Positions 12,770 through 26,130 of a stretch of 64,000 bases of DNA are shown here, one piece after another. The DNA is from Oopsacas minuta (Eukaryota > Animalia > Porifera). The translations under genes and the position numbers were made by a program. The first letter of the stretch is position 1. Each line of letters opens with the position of its first letter. The notes under the pieces are model-generated. The model saw nothing but the letters and a program-made list of their open reading frames with translations. It did no database searches and was not told where the DNA came from. Location: the NCBI GenBank assembly GCA_024704765.1, contig JAKMXF010000308.1:286026-350025 (forward strand), in the 5' to 3' direction.

Positions 12770-14023
12770 TTTATCGAATTAATCTCGCGCTATGATCCTA
12801 TTCTTCGTGAGCACCTCACTAATGTTCAGAATTCACAAGAGAGAGACAAACGCTTTTAAGCACATTACTTTCCTGATACCTCTAAAAATGAATTTATCTC
12901 GTTATGTGCTAAATCTGTAAGATATCGCTTCTTTGATCAATTACGAGATTCCAAATATTACTCAACCATAGTTGACTCGACGCTTGATTCAAGCCACAAA
13001 GAGCAGACCACATTTATCCTTCGTTACCTCATGGAAGAAAACGGAATTTTCTCAGTTTATGAAAGATTTTAAAATTTGCCGATTATAGTAACAAATCTGG
13101 AGCAGATATTGCTTTGCTAATTGAACAAATTCTCCAAGAATACCAAATATCTCTTGCTGATTGTAGGGGACAAGGCTATGATAACTCAGCAAACATGAGT
13201 GGAAGTATAATGGAGTTCAAAAGCATATACTGGACTTAAATTCATTCGCTATATTTTTACAGTGGTTGTCACTCATTATATTTGTGTGGAACAGTCTAGA
13301 CTATATGCTGTAGACATGCTATAACATACTTTGTCGTTATCCAGACGGTGCATAACCTTAGATACTTAATGAATCGGAACTCGTTACTTCTGCAATGGAT
13401 ATTTCTTCTGAGTTTCCAACCCATCGAAAGGTAGAATCAAAAACTTTTATTGAATCTTCAGCAATGATCAACCAAAAAGTTAATATCAGGTTCTGCTGAA
13501 TTTAAGGATGTTCCTTTGATATCATTATGGAATCTGTACTTAGTGGAATTTCATGGTGTATTAAATCTGCTGAGAACATAAACACTTTATTTATGTTCTT
13601 GTGGCTGTATATGGAGATGAACGAGGATGTATTATCAATAGTTTACTTCATGGATGTTTGTGAGGAGGATCTTGTAAGTAAAATATTTCATCTGAAGTGC
13701 ATTCATAAAGCCAACTTTGGAGAAAGATAACTGAATCCACTCGCCTTTTAAACATTATTCACAAACAAAATTTGCAAGAGATCTTTTGCAACATGTCAGT
13801 CGCACTTCGTATTTTTTGCATACTCCTGGGTACAATTGCCTCTGGTGAACGAAGTTTTAGCAAGTTATTATTGATTAAAAACTACCTTCGAAATACAATG
13901 GGACAGGAAAGGCTGAATGATCTAGCAGTACTTAGTATAGAGAGCGACCTGGCAAGAAATGTTGACTTTAGCTCTATTATTGATGAATTTGCTAGAGAGA
14001 AAGCCAGAAAAGCATATTTTTGA
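12770..14023 (+). pseudogene. Degraded hAT transposase (ZMYM1-like / Tip100 group)
   Basis: Frame-broken motifs YYSTIVDST.DSSHKEQTTFILRY and CRGQGYDNSANMSG. The C-terminal dimerization domain (TIASGERSFSKLLLIKNYLRNTMGQERLNDLAVLSIE) is in ORF 13772-14023. Confidence 0.85.
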
Positions 14024-14039
14024 AGATTTTTATGCATAC

Positions 14040-14058
14040 TAATAATAATAATAATAAC

Positions 14059-14130
<72 letters not shown>
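14040..14130. repeat. (AAT)n microsatellite, about 30 units
   Basis: Direct reading; one AAC variant unit. Explains the poly-Ile ORF 13882-14166. Confidence 0.98.
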
Positions 14131-14131
<1 letters not shown>

Positions 14132-14437
14132 TACAGATAAGTATAATTTGTTAACATATTCGACAAGTTAGGGCGGGGATTGAACGCCTTAGATAATCTA
14201 TTTGTATATTAATTAGGCCCGATAAAATATTAAAACCTTAGTAAGAAAATCAAAAATATCTAGACATGTTCTCGGGCCTTCACTCGAATTAAAGGGAGAC
14301 CCTAAAATGATTGTCTCGAGGGCCCGGAAGAGTTGTGAAAAGCTGTTCAGCGGCACCAAACACAAGATGAGAGAGAGTTTGAGTCCAAAGTATGTTGAAA
14401 ATTTCCATCAATGCAAGCAATCCCAGTGCCTTTGCAG

Positions 14438-16971
14438 CAGAGCTGCAAATGGGTCACATGAAGTGACCCATGACCCATGTGACCCATCGAAGTAGTGACC
14501 CATGACCCATTGACCCATGGGTCATGACCCATTTATTATTTTCTGACCCATTCTGACCCATTATGTATTTCATTATTAGGAACAAGTATAATGTAAGTAT
14601 TTAATCTAACACAATAATTAAATTAAGTTGTTTTTATATCCTTCCAACACAACAGAGACAGCTTCGATAGTTTCTGGCAACATTGCATTCCGCTGAGATG
14701 TTACAATATGCCGAGCGTTAAAGGCACTAAAGTGTCTCTCGCTTTCGGATGAGGATGCCTGAATTACCAATAGTCTCATGACAATTATTGATAATAATGG
14801 AAACCTAAGTTTATTCTGCTTCCACCAATCAAGGAGATTAAAATTCTCCCGTTTCGGAACAGTTTCTTGAATGTACATTTGCAATTCTTCATTAAATTGT
14901 AAATCAATGTCTGTAATTTGATTTGTTGTTGTTGATGTCGTGGTCTCATTGATTTGAAACCAACTGAATGGATCATATTTAACCTTCTTTTGAGGTTGCA
15001 TATCAAGGTTAGATTGATCCAACTCAAAGTTGGTAATGGCAACATCCTCGATATTAACACTTTCATTAGTTTGATCCACCTCTTTTGCTAGAATAAGAAG
15101 AGATTCCTTGATCTGTCTAAAGAAACCCTCCCGATCAACTTTTGATCTTACGAACGTAAATGATCTCAACGATGGATCAAGAAACGTAGCACTGAGATGA
15201 AGCATCCCAATACTGTCCCACAACTTCTCTGTCAATACCGGAAGAAATTCTGCCTTCAGAACTTGCTGTATTTCAGAATCTTCTTCTTTTATTTGCCAAA
15301 GTTCGTCCAGCGTGTAGTATACTGGGACGACATTTTGAAGGGTCGGTTTATTGGCATATTCTAGCAAGTCAAATAAATCAGAAAAACCAGATAGAAACTC
15401 AACAACTTCCCTTAACAAATCGATATCGAAATGATAAATTAAATTCTCTCGTTTTCGCTTTCGAATTTCTATGACTAAAGTCTCCCTACTCACTAGAATA
15501 GAAAAAAACATAGAATGTAAACTCCTCCATGGGCGTGTTTCACTTCCGTGTTTTAGTGTTGTAGGAAGTTCTGATTGAATTCCACACGCTTGATTAACAA
15601 ATTTTACCAAAGTATGAGCAGACTGATCAAGGAGCTTCAGCTCAGGATTTGAGTCCATAGCTTGTTTCCATGCAATGTCAATTACGGTATTTATACGATG
15701 ACATGCGCAATCAACATGGGTTTTAGCAAGAGTAGCGCATATGAAATTTGATCCTTTATCAGTAGTACATGGCGTGTCCACAAGAGAGATTTTCATCAAT
15801 CACTTTTTCTATATTGACGGCAGTATGCTTTTCAGGAAAATAGGAACATCGATACATTGAATTATTCAGGGTCCACGAACTATCTATCCAGAACACGGTA
15901 AAATCGAGATAAGAATTGTGGTTTATGTTATCTGTCGCCAAATCTGTAGTAAACGTCACCATTTTGTTCAAAGAACATTCCGCAATTGATTTCTTTATTT
16001 TCTCTTGACACTCAGTCATCTTCTCAAATGTAGACTTTTTGACCGTTTCTCTACCAAAAAGCACGTCATTAACATCAAGATTTCCGTACATGCTTCCAAT
16101 TTGGATCATTTTCTGAGCAAATAATCTCAACCCGGGATTATCAACAAACATAAATGAAGTACCACCTTGAACAACCATACGGACCTCCGCATCCTTCACT
16201 CGCTTCCCTTCTTCTCTCGTGAAGTGCTTTCCTGGGGTTTTCTTGAAAAAACTTGCTACAGAAGATTGAGTTTCCCCTTTGGGGGAGCAGGTTTTGCAAT
16301 GGTCCGCGAGATTTTTAGTTCCATATAATCTAACAGAGCCATCAGTTTGTTTTGCTTTGAATTTTAGACATATGAAGCAATCTTTACAGGCTGACCAACC
16401 AAATAGTAATTCATTAGTTGCTTTGATTTTTATCAATCGGAATTTCTTCCACACATCTGCTTTGCACTTTGGGTCGTCGTTGTTGCATAAGAACATATCA
16501 CCATGGTGGAGAGCAGCCCTTACATCTTCACAGTTGTTAGACATTTACGACAGTAAGTAGATCTCAGAGGAATATATAAATGAAAACTGTCAGTCTAGAT
16601 ATATATTTATACTTGAAGATTTCTGTCTATTTGAATTGCAATCCTAAGATTCCGGTAATATTGTACATAGTAGGTTTGCCGATAAGATTAAGACACGAAA
16701 ACTTAATTGATGATTGCAGTTACTACACCTGAAGACATAATATGACTCTCACTTGTAGTATTCCAAACATTTAGATAATGACCACCTCTATTAACTCTAT
16801 TTAGAAGGTTTTCTAATTGACAAATAACTCTTTTAAGCCTACATAGTATATAAATAAAATTTTGATGGGTCATGACCCATTAACGCATGACCCATGACCC
16901 ACTGACCCATCTTAAAAAAGTGACCCATCTGACCCATTGACCCATGGGTCAGTGACCCATTTGCAGCTCTG
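14438..16971 (-). mobile_element. Full-length hAT transposon (Hermes/hobo-like), 2534 bp
   Basis: Perfect 19-bp TIR CAGAGCTGCAAATGGGTCA, perfect 8-bp TSD CTTTGCAG, arrays of TGACCCA near both ends. Confidence 0.95.
14618..16544 (-). pseudogene. hAT transposase with BED zinc finger, split by one frameshift (ORFs 15759-16544 and 14618-15799)
   Basis: BED (VWKKF..C..C..H..TC), FTTD, TTDKGSN, CACH (CxxH), RPW, SSESERHFS. The two ORFs overlap at about 15760-15800. Confidence 0.9.
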
Positions 16972-17299
16972 CTTTGCAGAGGATTCGCCACAGGAACTTT
17001 CCCCCATTTGTCTCAATTCCTTGCACAAAACATTGTATTTTCTTAGAAATAAATTTCAGGGTTGGAAAAAATCTAAATTTAGGATTTATTTTATTTAAAT
17101 CAGATTTTTATATATTTTATATTTATCAACATTTAGTCCTGTTTATTTTTATCTAGTCATAATAACATAGAATTCTAGAATTACTTTCACAATATATGTA
17201 TAATAGGATGTTTGTCAATGATGAAAACGAAAACTAAAATATGTATTAATGAAGAAAAGTGAAAACTAGACAATCTATTAATGAAGAACTGGCAGAGAT

Positions 17300-17852
17300 T
17301 ATTTGTGGGAATTCAGCAGCTTGTATATAAATACTAATTTTTCTGTTTCAGCAATTTGTAACCTATTTCTAACTTTTGAATACACAAGACCAAATGTTGA
17401 GAATATTCTCTCTATCTCAGCACTTGTCTCCAAGTATTTGGCGACAGAGTGTAATCATAGTATTACTGTCGAGATGACTGCTCTGACCTTGTGCCGATTG
17501 GGAAGACGATATCCAGGACTAAGTATTGACATAAGTTTCAAAAATTCGGGATATTCAACAATGGAAAAAGGTGAATTGGTAGCACAGACAAAGCGAGCTA
17601 TTTGGAGATCAATGGAAACATTTTCAGTTGTTGATGTCTGTATAACATAGTTAGTAATATTTGACTTTTTCTGTTTCTTTGTTTTGGGGTTAAACTAATA
17701 TCCTTCCCACACTTCTTGCATGTTGCACGGCATCCAGCATTACCAGCTACTCTTTTAGTTTCAAAATACTGCCATATAGAGTCACTCTTTCGTCCAGATA
17801 TAATGCGAGATTTACGATATATTATTAATATGAATAATAGGGCCAGCCTTAG
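17300..17852 (-). pseudogene. 5' fragment of a BED-finger hAT transposase (ZBED1/Ac-like)
   Basis: By-eye translation SGRKSDSIWQYFETK..ATCKKCGK and NSPFSIVEYPEFLKLMSILSPGYRLPNR. Possible end motif TAAGGCTGGCCCTA near 17850. Confidence 0.65.
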
Positions 17853-19132
17853 TTTTTGGATTGGCTAGCAACTCCATTGAGACGCCCAGACATATTTGAT
17901 GCTCTCTAATATGCTTGTCCTCTACATTGAGCCAGCCGGAGGTTACTTCGAATGAGAACATCTTTTAGAGTATTTGTCAGGGTTACAGCATCGGTCTGCT
18001 CAACTGACACGAATGCATTCACGTCTTCATTAACAACATATTCAGTATCAACCCATCGGAGGGAAACTGAAAATTCTTCTACCCCACTGACATCTTGCAA
18101 ATTCATCAGCAATTAATGCAAACCATTCAGCTCTAATTCTATCCAGTAGCTCACAAAGAATCTGGTGAGCACTAATCTCCAATACTTCATTAACAATATC
18201 GTGTGATATGTAACGCCCATCACGTATCCATGACTCAAGTCCTTGAATATCGCCTGCTCGGCACTTTAGCAATAGCACGAAGTTACCTTCTTCTTCTATG
18301 TGACCTCTAAAGCCTAGTCCTTGACGAGCGAAGTATCTTATCGATGATAATTCTTTCATAAGCATGAACTCTTCAATACCTCTGTTCATTGGCTATTTCG
18401 GTCGAAAGTCTAACAGCGACAGATGGGTATCGCAAAGGCGTTAGTTGCATTAAGGCCTCATTGTATAATTGACAGAGCTCATGTTCCTTGAACCGCTTCT
18501 TCGCTTTCTTTCAGTTGTCCCAACCCGTATTTAGAAATGCGTTCTTTCCATTTTTGTTAAACTTCAAAAACCTTCTGGATGATGCTTCACGACACACAAA
18601 AACAAAACACTTTTTTCGTGTCACAGAAGGTAAGTCGTTCATGGTAATCAGACCACACCATCTGGAAGCCTCGATATTGTTTGCCTTGCTTGCGTTTCGT
18701 CCTTATCAAATAACACTTACGGTGAAAAGGTTGACTTAAAAGATAATCACAACACTCAGAAGAGGACCCTTCTGTCAATGTATCCTGTAATTCTTTAAGC
18801 ACACTAGAATGACTACTGCTTTCTACATCCGAATCCATGTCCAAGTTATCAAGGGTAGTATCTGAAAAAGAGTGATCTTGTGAAATTCCGTCGCTTTGTT
18901 TGAGAATTGCTTTGCCAATGAAGGTCATAATCTTGCATTGATTGGACATATTACATGAGACTATAAAATACAATAGTTAGTGAAAGTATCATTTGGGTCA
19001 GAATTATCAAAATACGCCTTTCGTAATATACATGAGATGTTTGCCAAGATAAGCTTCAAGAGGGTTAAGCCCCCTTGAAGGTATGTTCAGGGGGCTACAG
19101 CCCCCGTAGCCACCATGGTTCCGCTGCCTATG
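17840..19132 (-). mobile_element. 5' part of a ZMYM1-like hAT element (TTF finger, DUF4371-like region), truncated
   Basis: ORF fragments RQGLGFRGHIEEEGNF, WFALIADE and CRGQAY. Terminal CATAGGCAGCGGAACC at 19132 on the minus strand. Confidence 0.8.
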
Positions 19133-19365
19133 TTTACAGCACTGCCCAGCTGGATGGTTATGCCCAACCTCCTGCTAAACGCGTGAAACACCTTGCCCCT
19201 CGTCCTACCGCCCTGATTCTACGTGCTCCTCCTGGAAAATTCTTTGACCTCCCCTTGGGCAAAAAATCCTGGTGACGTCCTTGCCTACACCTGGCTTCAT
19301 TCTTCAAAGGGAGATTTGCAAGATTCAGAATTCAATATTGATAATTAATCTAATTATTCTAAATA

Positions 19366-19589
19366 CGAGCGGGCTTCGCTTGCTCACGCAACGCTGTTGC
19401 GAACGCTTCGTATCGGCACTCGGGTCTACGGCCCTCGAGTACAGAAACTCATAATCTTAACGAACAAACATGACACGGCCATGATCTTTATATGTGCTTA
19501 CTTTATGTCCCAAAAGTGAACAAATATTTATGAAATTATGTTTCCAATATTATATTTAGACTCAGCATATTCGGTTACCCAAGTATAGC
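19366..19589 (-). mobile_element. Helitron-like 3' fragment
   Basis: Minus strand ends GCGTGAGCAAGCGAAGCCCGCTCG followed by T. Shares CTCAGCATAYTCGRTTACC with copies at 22570 and 51760. Confidence 0.55.
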
Positions 19590-19753
19590 CAGGGCCGGAT
19601 TAATCATATTGCGGGCCCTGTGCGTTACCTTCCGTTCGAGCCTTTCCTTGACAACGGACAAACACACCATCTTAGCCGGAGAACGGATCTTAATCTTCCA
19701 TATTGTCTAGCCCTCAAATACATTGATTTGAGATAATACTTTATATTAACATG

Positions 19754-21199
19754 TTAATCTGCTCCCAGACTGAAATGATGTGCTACACCCTGCAAGAACT
19801 CCATTTTAGAACGATCTTGAGAATAATATTCACGAACTAGAGTCTTCAACGCTTCCTCACTCTGTTGGGACCGCCTTCGCTTGGTTGGTGGCTTGCCAAC
19901 GAGGTAGTTAGTATGCCGCACCTCCACTAGGCCCTGCTCCTGCTTGAGGGCGAGGATAAACTTCCATATGGTGGGGTGATGGCAGCCGACAGTGGCATTG
20001 AAGCCGCGGTGCCATGCCTCTACGGCGTTGGTTGTACAGGGGAGTCCGAAGGGCGTGCTGAAGTGGTAGTTCCCCAGGTCAATGGGGAACGTCGCGGCTA
20101 TATGGTACCCGCTGGGTAGTGTGCGTCGTATATACGTCCTCTCGAAGTAGTCGAGTAGATCGGCTATCTCAGGTGTAAGGGAGGTCCATCGACACTTGCT
20201 CAAACAGATCGGGGACGTCTACTGGTAGGGCGAACGCAAGGGCTGGTATCTTCCGGATGCGCATAGCCAGCTCTTTGTCATGTGCGTAGTCAGACTGCAA
20301 CCCTACAGCCTGCACATGTCGCCAGATATTCTGTGTGAAGTGGAAGAAGCAGCACTTCACCACTGTGTTAGGCCAGACATGCTCAAAGCTGTTAATTCCG
20401 CCCTTCTCAAAGTCTAGGAGTATCTGTTCAGGCTGGGCAAGAGGACAGAGTAGGTGGATCTGCTCCCACATCCTACGGTGGGTATCCTCTGTCTTGTTGG
20501 GCAGTAGTACGAACAGGCTCGGCAACAGATGACCGGTCTTCATAGGGTCATCTCCTTCACGGAGTCCATGCACCACATACGCCTGGGCGAAGAGGGGAGG
20601 TGCCGTCTTGAAGATACCGTCAGCTAGCCTGATCTTGCTTTTCCGCAGCATCCTGAGGTTGCGTTGTGTCCGAAGATGTGGAATCTATGTGCATCGTCTT
20701 CCCCAGAGTCATAGAATAGGAACTGTTTCCCCCTTGGCTGTCCACTGCTATCCTGCAGGTAGAACCAACTCTACTAGGGCGGTAGGCTCTACTGGAGCTG
20801 ATAGTACACTTAAACGTTGGCGTTGTATCGTCCGCTTCAGGCTGTTCAGTTTGAGTAGTTCAGCAGTAGTGCCCCTTGATACTGTCTGCAAACTCTCGCC
20901 CATTATGTGGTGTGCACTATCCTGGACTCTCGTGTTTTCCTCTTCATGCCTGCTTTCGCTTCACAACAGTCCGCTGCCTGCTCGTCAGGCCCATGGGAGT
21001 GCTCATTCGTGCGCTTGACTATCACCATCCCTTTGGTATGAACTCTAGCTTTGCAGACCCCTCTTTGCTCACACAATCAATGCGTCACATCTCCAACTCT
21101 CCTCTGCACTCCAAATAAATATCCATCCTCCAACAGCTTGTCTCCTCCTCTTTGTGACTTGATCAGCCTAAAGGTCGGCTGATCAAGAGGTTCCGCCAT
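19754..21199 (-). pseudogene. FLYWCH + MULE (Mutator-like) transposase, frameshifted
   Basis: N-terminus MAEP..LLEDGYLF..(W to stop)LCEQRGVCKARVHT..NEHSH. Core LADGIFK, LLDFE, CCFFH, TTNAVEAWH. A probable terminal region with three GGTGCGAATTGTC repeats ends at 21624. Confidence 0.9.
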
Positions 21200-22264
21200 T
21201 GTAAAGTTATAATTTCAAAGATATATTGCGATGATTGTTAATGAGAAAACGAATCTGGGTTAGAACTAGATCATTTTCTATTTATGTCCGAGGATTGCAA
21301 ATATCACAGGTGATCACACCCTGTTTGCTACATTCCTCTTTACCAAATATAGTCCTAAGAGTATTTACTTCGTGTGTTTACTTAATACTTACTATAACAA
21401 TCTTTGGAATTCATATCATTAAATGGATTCATGGAATCATGTCATCTAAAATTAGAATTATCTATCCAATTAAGACTTTCCGTGTGCAGAAATAATTATT
21501 AGAAAATTGATTATTAACGTGTACTTAGATTAAATTAATTAACAAATATCATATTAAATTGACCAATTAAATTAGGTGCGAATTGTCGGTGGTGCGAATT
21601 GTCCGGTGCGAATTGTCGGTATCCGATTTTGGTACTCGAACGGGGTGGTTCAAACTTTAAGTAACACTTAATGGCTGAATTGGGTTTTCAACTGGCAAGT
21701 ATTCTAATTTCTCCATTTTGTAGGAGAATTGGGTAGGGGTATAACTTGTAACACTTCATGCCACCCTAGCTTTAGAAGTACTTCTAAAGATAGGGTGGTA
21801 TGAAGTTCATTTAACCATGACCTAAGTAAGATCACGATTTAACTTATAATTATGTGACAGTTTAATGAACAAAATATCTGTTACAGATATCATTCCGATC
21901 TATCACAGCAAGGCCAATATTTAAAGGTGGTGGGCAAGTTTACTTAACCAAAACGCTACCTATCCAGAGATTAAATTATCACCCAGATTACCCGATAAAG
22001 GTGTTGGCCCGATTAACCGGTGGCTCTATTAAGTGGAGTCTACCGTATTATTAAAGGAATTTAAGTAGCAATTTCGAGTTAGGCCAGCTCAATGTGGGGA
22101 AATATAAGAAAGATTTTCCATTAGAAGAATGTACTTCAAATATGTATTAGGATAAATCCGGAATGGTACATTTATATTTGTCTAAGTGTGTGGATAATTC
22201 TTTGGTCACAGATTGTGCAATCTATACTTTACTACTTGTATAGTTGAAAATTTCAACATATGCA

Positions 22265-22828
22265 AGTAAGCTACTCTTCGTTACGCTACGCGATTGCAGA
22301 CACTTGGTGTCCGCTATAGGTACCCTTTGGGCGCCTAGGTTCCTAATCAACCGATAATTTGTGTTATGTATTACTAAGTACTTATGTATGTTTTGAAAGT
22401 CACTCGCTAAGTCGAATATTCACGATATGTCATTCACAACATCACATTCGAACACTCGATTACCTCTTTAGCCGTTAAAAATATACAAACTTTTTGACAT
22501 TTCTTTACTTTATGTACATAAATAACAACAAATATAGATCATACGATGTTAAAAATCATATTCGGACTCAGCATACTCGATTACCCCATTATAGCCTTTA
22601 GAAGTATAATCAAAGACCTTTTAAATTTTTGTATTATTTTCCTTATGTATGTACCATAAAAACAAACAAATATGAACTATGTGCGAACGTGTGAATATTT
22701 TAATTAGATATTTAAACATGTTTCTAGAAACGTAATTCCCCCCCCATACCGAATTTCATGTCTGTATCTCTAGCCAGTTCCTCAATCAATTCGGACAAAC
22801 AAAAAATGATAGGTTTATATATATAAGA
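22265..22828 (-). mobile_element. Non-autonomous Helitron-like element
   Basis: The minus strand starts A|TCTTATATATATAAA..TTTGTTTGTCC (typical Helitron 5' end) and has a GC-rich palindrome-like 3' region near 22270-22295. Confidence 0.6.
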
Positions 22829-24291
22829 TATACCCAGAGAGAATGTGATGAGATAATCGAAGGGTTAAAAAATATATTACAAATTAACCCAATAAAAACA
22901 TCATCCGCCATTCTAGTTTTCGAAGAAATTCAGGATGAAAAACACGTAATATTTTTACATGGCCTAACAGGGAAATAAAAAAATACTGGATTGGTTTCAT
23001 CCATTCCCTTAGTCAAATTTACCCCTCGAAATATGCGGCCCTATGCCTTTATCCGGCCCTGGTTCTAGGAAGGGATATGGGGCTAGGTTGCGCTGTTAGG
23101 CTATAATAGAACCATGGGAAACTCTTGGAGTATGACATCGATTTAGCTTGTAACCAATTGCCCTCTCAACTCTATGTTCGGGCCGCTCGGAGGACTTTTG
23201 GTGGGGGCAAGTCACTAATACCGTGGACTCTCGTTGTAAACAAATCGGATATTAGTCATATAACAGAATTCCACCATAAAAGAAGTGATTAATATAACTT
23301 TTAACTGCAATTATATCTTATTCTGCTATAATGAATTCAGCTTTTAACGAAATGGAAGCCGGGAATTAGTAGTTTACAATAGTAGTTAGTTACGCCACAG
23401 TTATGACTTGTGATCAATTTCATTATCTTACTTATACTCTAAAGTGAAATAAGTGGCAAATCAATTGACCTATCTAATTAGGTGCGAATTGTCGAAATTC
23501 CACTCGTATACATATGTTCGGAATTGATTGAAGAAACTGGAAGACCCCAGGGCTGATTTTTCGCATATAGGAATATTTTGAGCCTGGCTCGGACTAGTTC
23601 GAGTCTTGGGCGAAAATTCATACCTATGACGAAATTTTAACGTAATCGTCACCTTTGGGATTTTCGAAAAATCACATTATTAGCCACTGCTCAGCCAATA
23701 TAAGTGATGAATGGTTGAAATTTGAATCATAGGTGCCCTTTAATGTGCAAAATGTTCTAAAGTCATGATTTTGACCAAAGACTAACTCATCATTGGATTA
23801 TTACGTCATCTTGACAGTACAAAAAACAGTCAAGATGACGTAAATTATCCCGATATTTGATATGTTGCTAATAAGCGAATTCCACTGTAATTGGAAAGGA
23901 ACATTAGCAAGATCATGATGAGAGTGAATTTGGCTGCGAAAAATCGAGCACATTTTAGCACGTCATAATAATGCAGCCAATGCATGTAGAGAGATGCCAT
24001 TTGGACCATATCAATACTAGCCTGTATTCCTCTCGTCTAAGCCGATAAAGTAGTATTTATCATATTCACAAGTCGTTTGTCTCAGTTTTGGACCATCTTT
24101 AGTGTGATACACCATTTATCTGCAGTGATTTGCTCGAATTCGAATAACAACTTACTGTACTTAATTCGATTGAATTGCTCAGAAAAAGAGGGGATAGGAT
24201 TAATACCTTGAAAACTTAGGTCCATAATTTCCATCGTTTTTCATCACCAATTTTAACAAGATCAGCATTGTTTACCTACACACGCTTGATA

Positions 24292-25294
24292 ACGAAGAAG
24301 AAGTTAGCGGCCAATTCAAATTAAAAAAACGTGTTCACTTCAATCGTTTATTTGACCGACTCTCCGTATAGCTAGAGAAAAATACTTTTATTCGAAATTA
24401 TAGCGTTGATGAATTACGAAAATGTCGTCAGAATTGTCAATATGTGTGATGACTTACCATTGAGGTTTTGAAAATTTTTCCAACCATGTCAACTACAATG
24501 TGTTATTTGACCGGCTTCTCATTATTATTTTGATACAAATTTTCTTCTACACACTATTGAGGGCTGGTGGATTATGTGTTTAAAATTTCTTTTAAAAGTA
24601 TTCATTACTTTTTGAAATATTATATTTTGAAAAATTCAACGAAGAAGTTAGACTAGGGTCACTTCAGTCACTAATTTGACTCACTTATACTCATCAGATT
24701 TAAACGAAATTAATATCATTGGAAAGAGGAGAGTTGAACGTTTTATGCAATATGTTTTGATTTTACAAACATTTACTTTTAGTTACTTTTTTTAGTTTAA
24801 ATTTTAGTGTCACGACTCCCTTGAATTTACCCACCTAAAAGTCAGAATTCGATTCTGAAATTATATATGCATACTTTAGTGATATGGACGTTTATGAAAA
24901 TTAAATTTCATTAGAAAATATTAACAACTCGCGGAGCTAGAGGAATTCAAATTTTAAGTCGGGAGTGAGAGTGGTAGGTGATTAATCATATTCTACATAA
25001 AGTAAGATCTGTTCAAACTCATGTTTCTTATCCTAAATCCGAAAGAATTTCAATTATTTTAATGCTAATCGATGGTTGAGATATAGACGTTTATAACAAT
25101 ATCGATATTTTTCGTGAAACACTACAAATTATCACCAGCAACGGCCTGCAAAAATCGATAAATTCTCAGGTTTTTGTGTATTACGAATTCTAACTTCGAG
25201 ATCAGTTATTTCTCATCGCAACCCCTTCAAAATTTATAGACACCTTCTTTCGTAACTTATAATTCATTTTCCATAAAAAACAGGGGGTTGCTAG
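24292..25294. repeat. About 1-kb repeat, copy 1 (inverted relative to 35674-36683)
   Basis: Near-identical reverse complement of 35674-36683, with only a handful of mismatches seen by eye. It continues for a few bases after the MITE at 25295-25864. Confidence 0.95.
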
Positions 25295-25864
25295 CAGAGG
25301 TGTCGATCGCATAATTTATTGGAGGGGGAAAAATATTTTTAATTAATACGAAATTATAGCTAAGAACTGTTAAATAATTTCAATAATAGACAATACCTTT
25401 TTGCATTATCATACTTCTGAACAGATGATTCTGTAGTAATTTATATTACGAAATATAGGTATTGTAGAGTGAAGGCTATGAAGCCAATTGTGCTAAGAAA
25501 CCAAACGAGAGCACTTTAGAATGAACCAATACAAAATAATCACTCAGATATTAAATACTAAAACTCTCTAGCGAACAAATGTAATTAATAATACAAAATT
25601 GGTGCTCTATATAAATTGAAGAAAGCTGGACAATTAGTTGTATGCCTTTGAAATTCAAATACATACAAAGCCAAATTGTTGGCAATAATTGTATAACTCC
25701 AATATAATACAACTTGTAGGGAGTTGTAGTATTAATCAATAATATAAATGATGAAAAAGTTAATAATGATAAATAATATTGGGGGCGCGAAAAGACACTC
25801 TCGCCCCCCAAAATAAATATTAGGGGGGCAAGAGCCCCCTTGCCCCCCAAGATCGACGCCTCTG
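25295..25864. mobile_element. hAT-type MITE inserted in the 1-kb repeat
   Basis: TIR CAGAGG(T/C)GTCGATC, perfect TSD GTTGCTAG. The empty site is visible in copy 2 near 35680. Confidence 0.95.
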
Positions 25865-26130
25865 GTTGCTAGTACTTTATTTATGATTTTTATGTTTATG
25901 TTTATTTTTGTTTTTTATTTTGTTTTTCTCAATTTCCTCGGTTACCTCACTATAATTATTATGTTTTAAGATGGTAATTATTGCATAGACTATACTCGTA
26001 AGACTATACATCACTTGCTTAGATCATTAGTAAGTATACCAAGTCATATCGTCATACTTCTTATAGTTCCCATTACAACTTGTTTCAACTAATCCTCAAT
26101 ATAAGGGACTTCTTTGTAATTAACCTACAC

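Noticed and set aside
13882-14166. Poly-isoleucine membrane-like ORF
   Set aside because: It is the translation of the (AAT)n microsatellite, antisense to a hAT remnant.
14450-14560. Short repeat arrays (TGACCCA here; GTCCGATTA at 48440-48490) as CRISPR-like arrays
   Set aside because: There are no regular unique spacers and no cas genes, the context is eukaryotic, and the arrays are transposon subterminal repeats.
19590-23061. CAGGGCCGGAT inverted ends as one composite hAT carrying the MULE
   Set aside because: The flanks AGTATAGC and GTTCTAGG do not match, and the interrupted Helitron does not resume after 23061.
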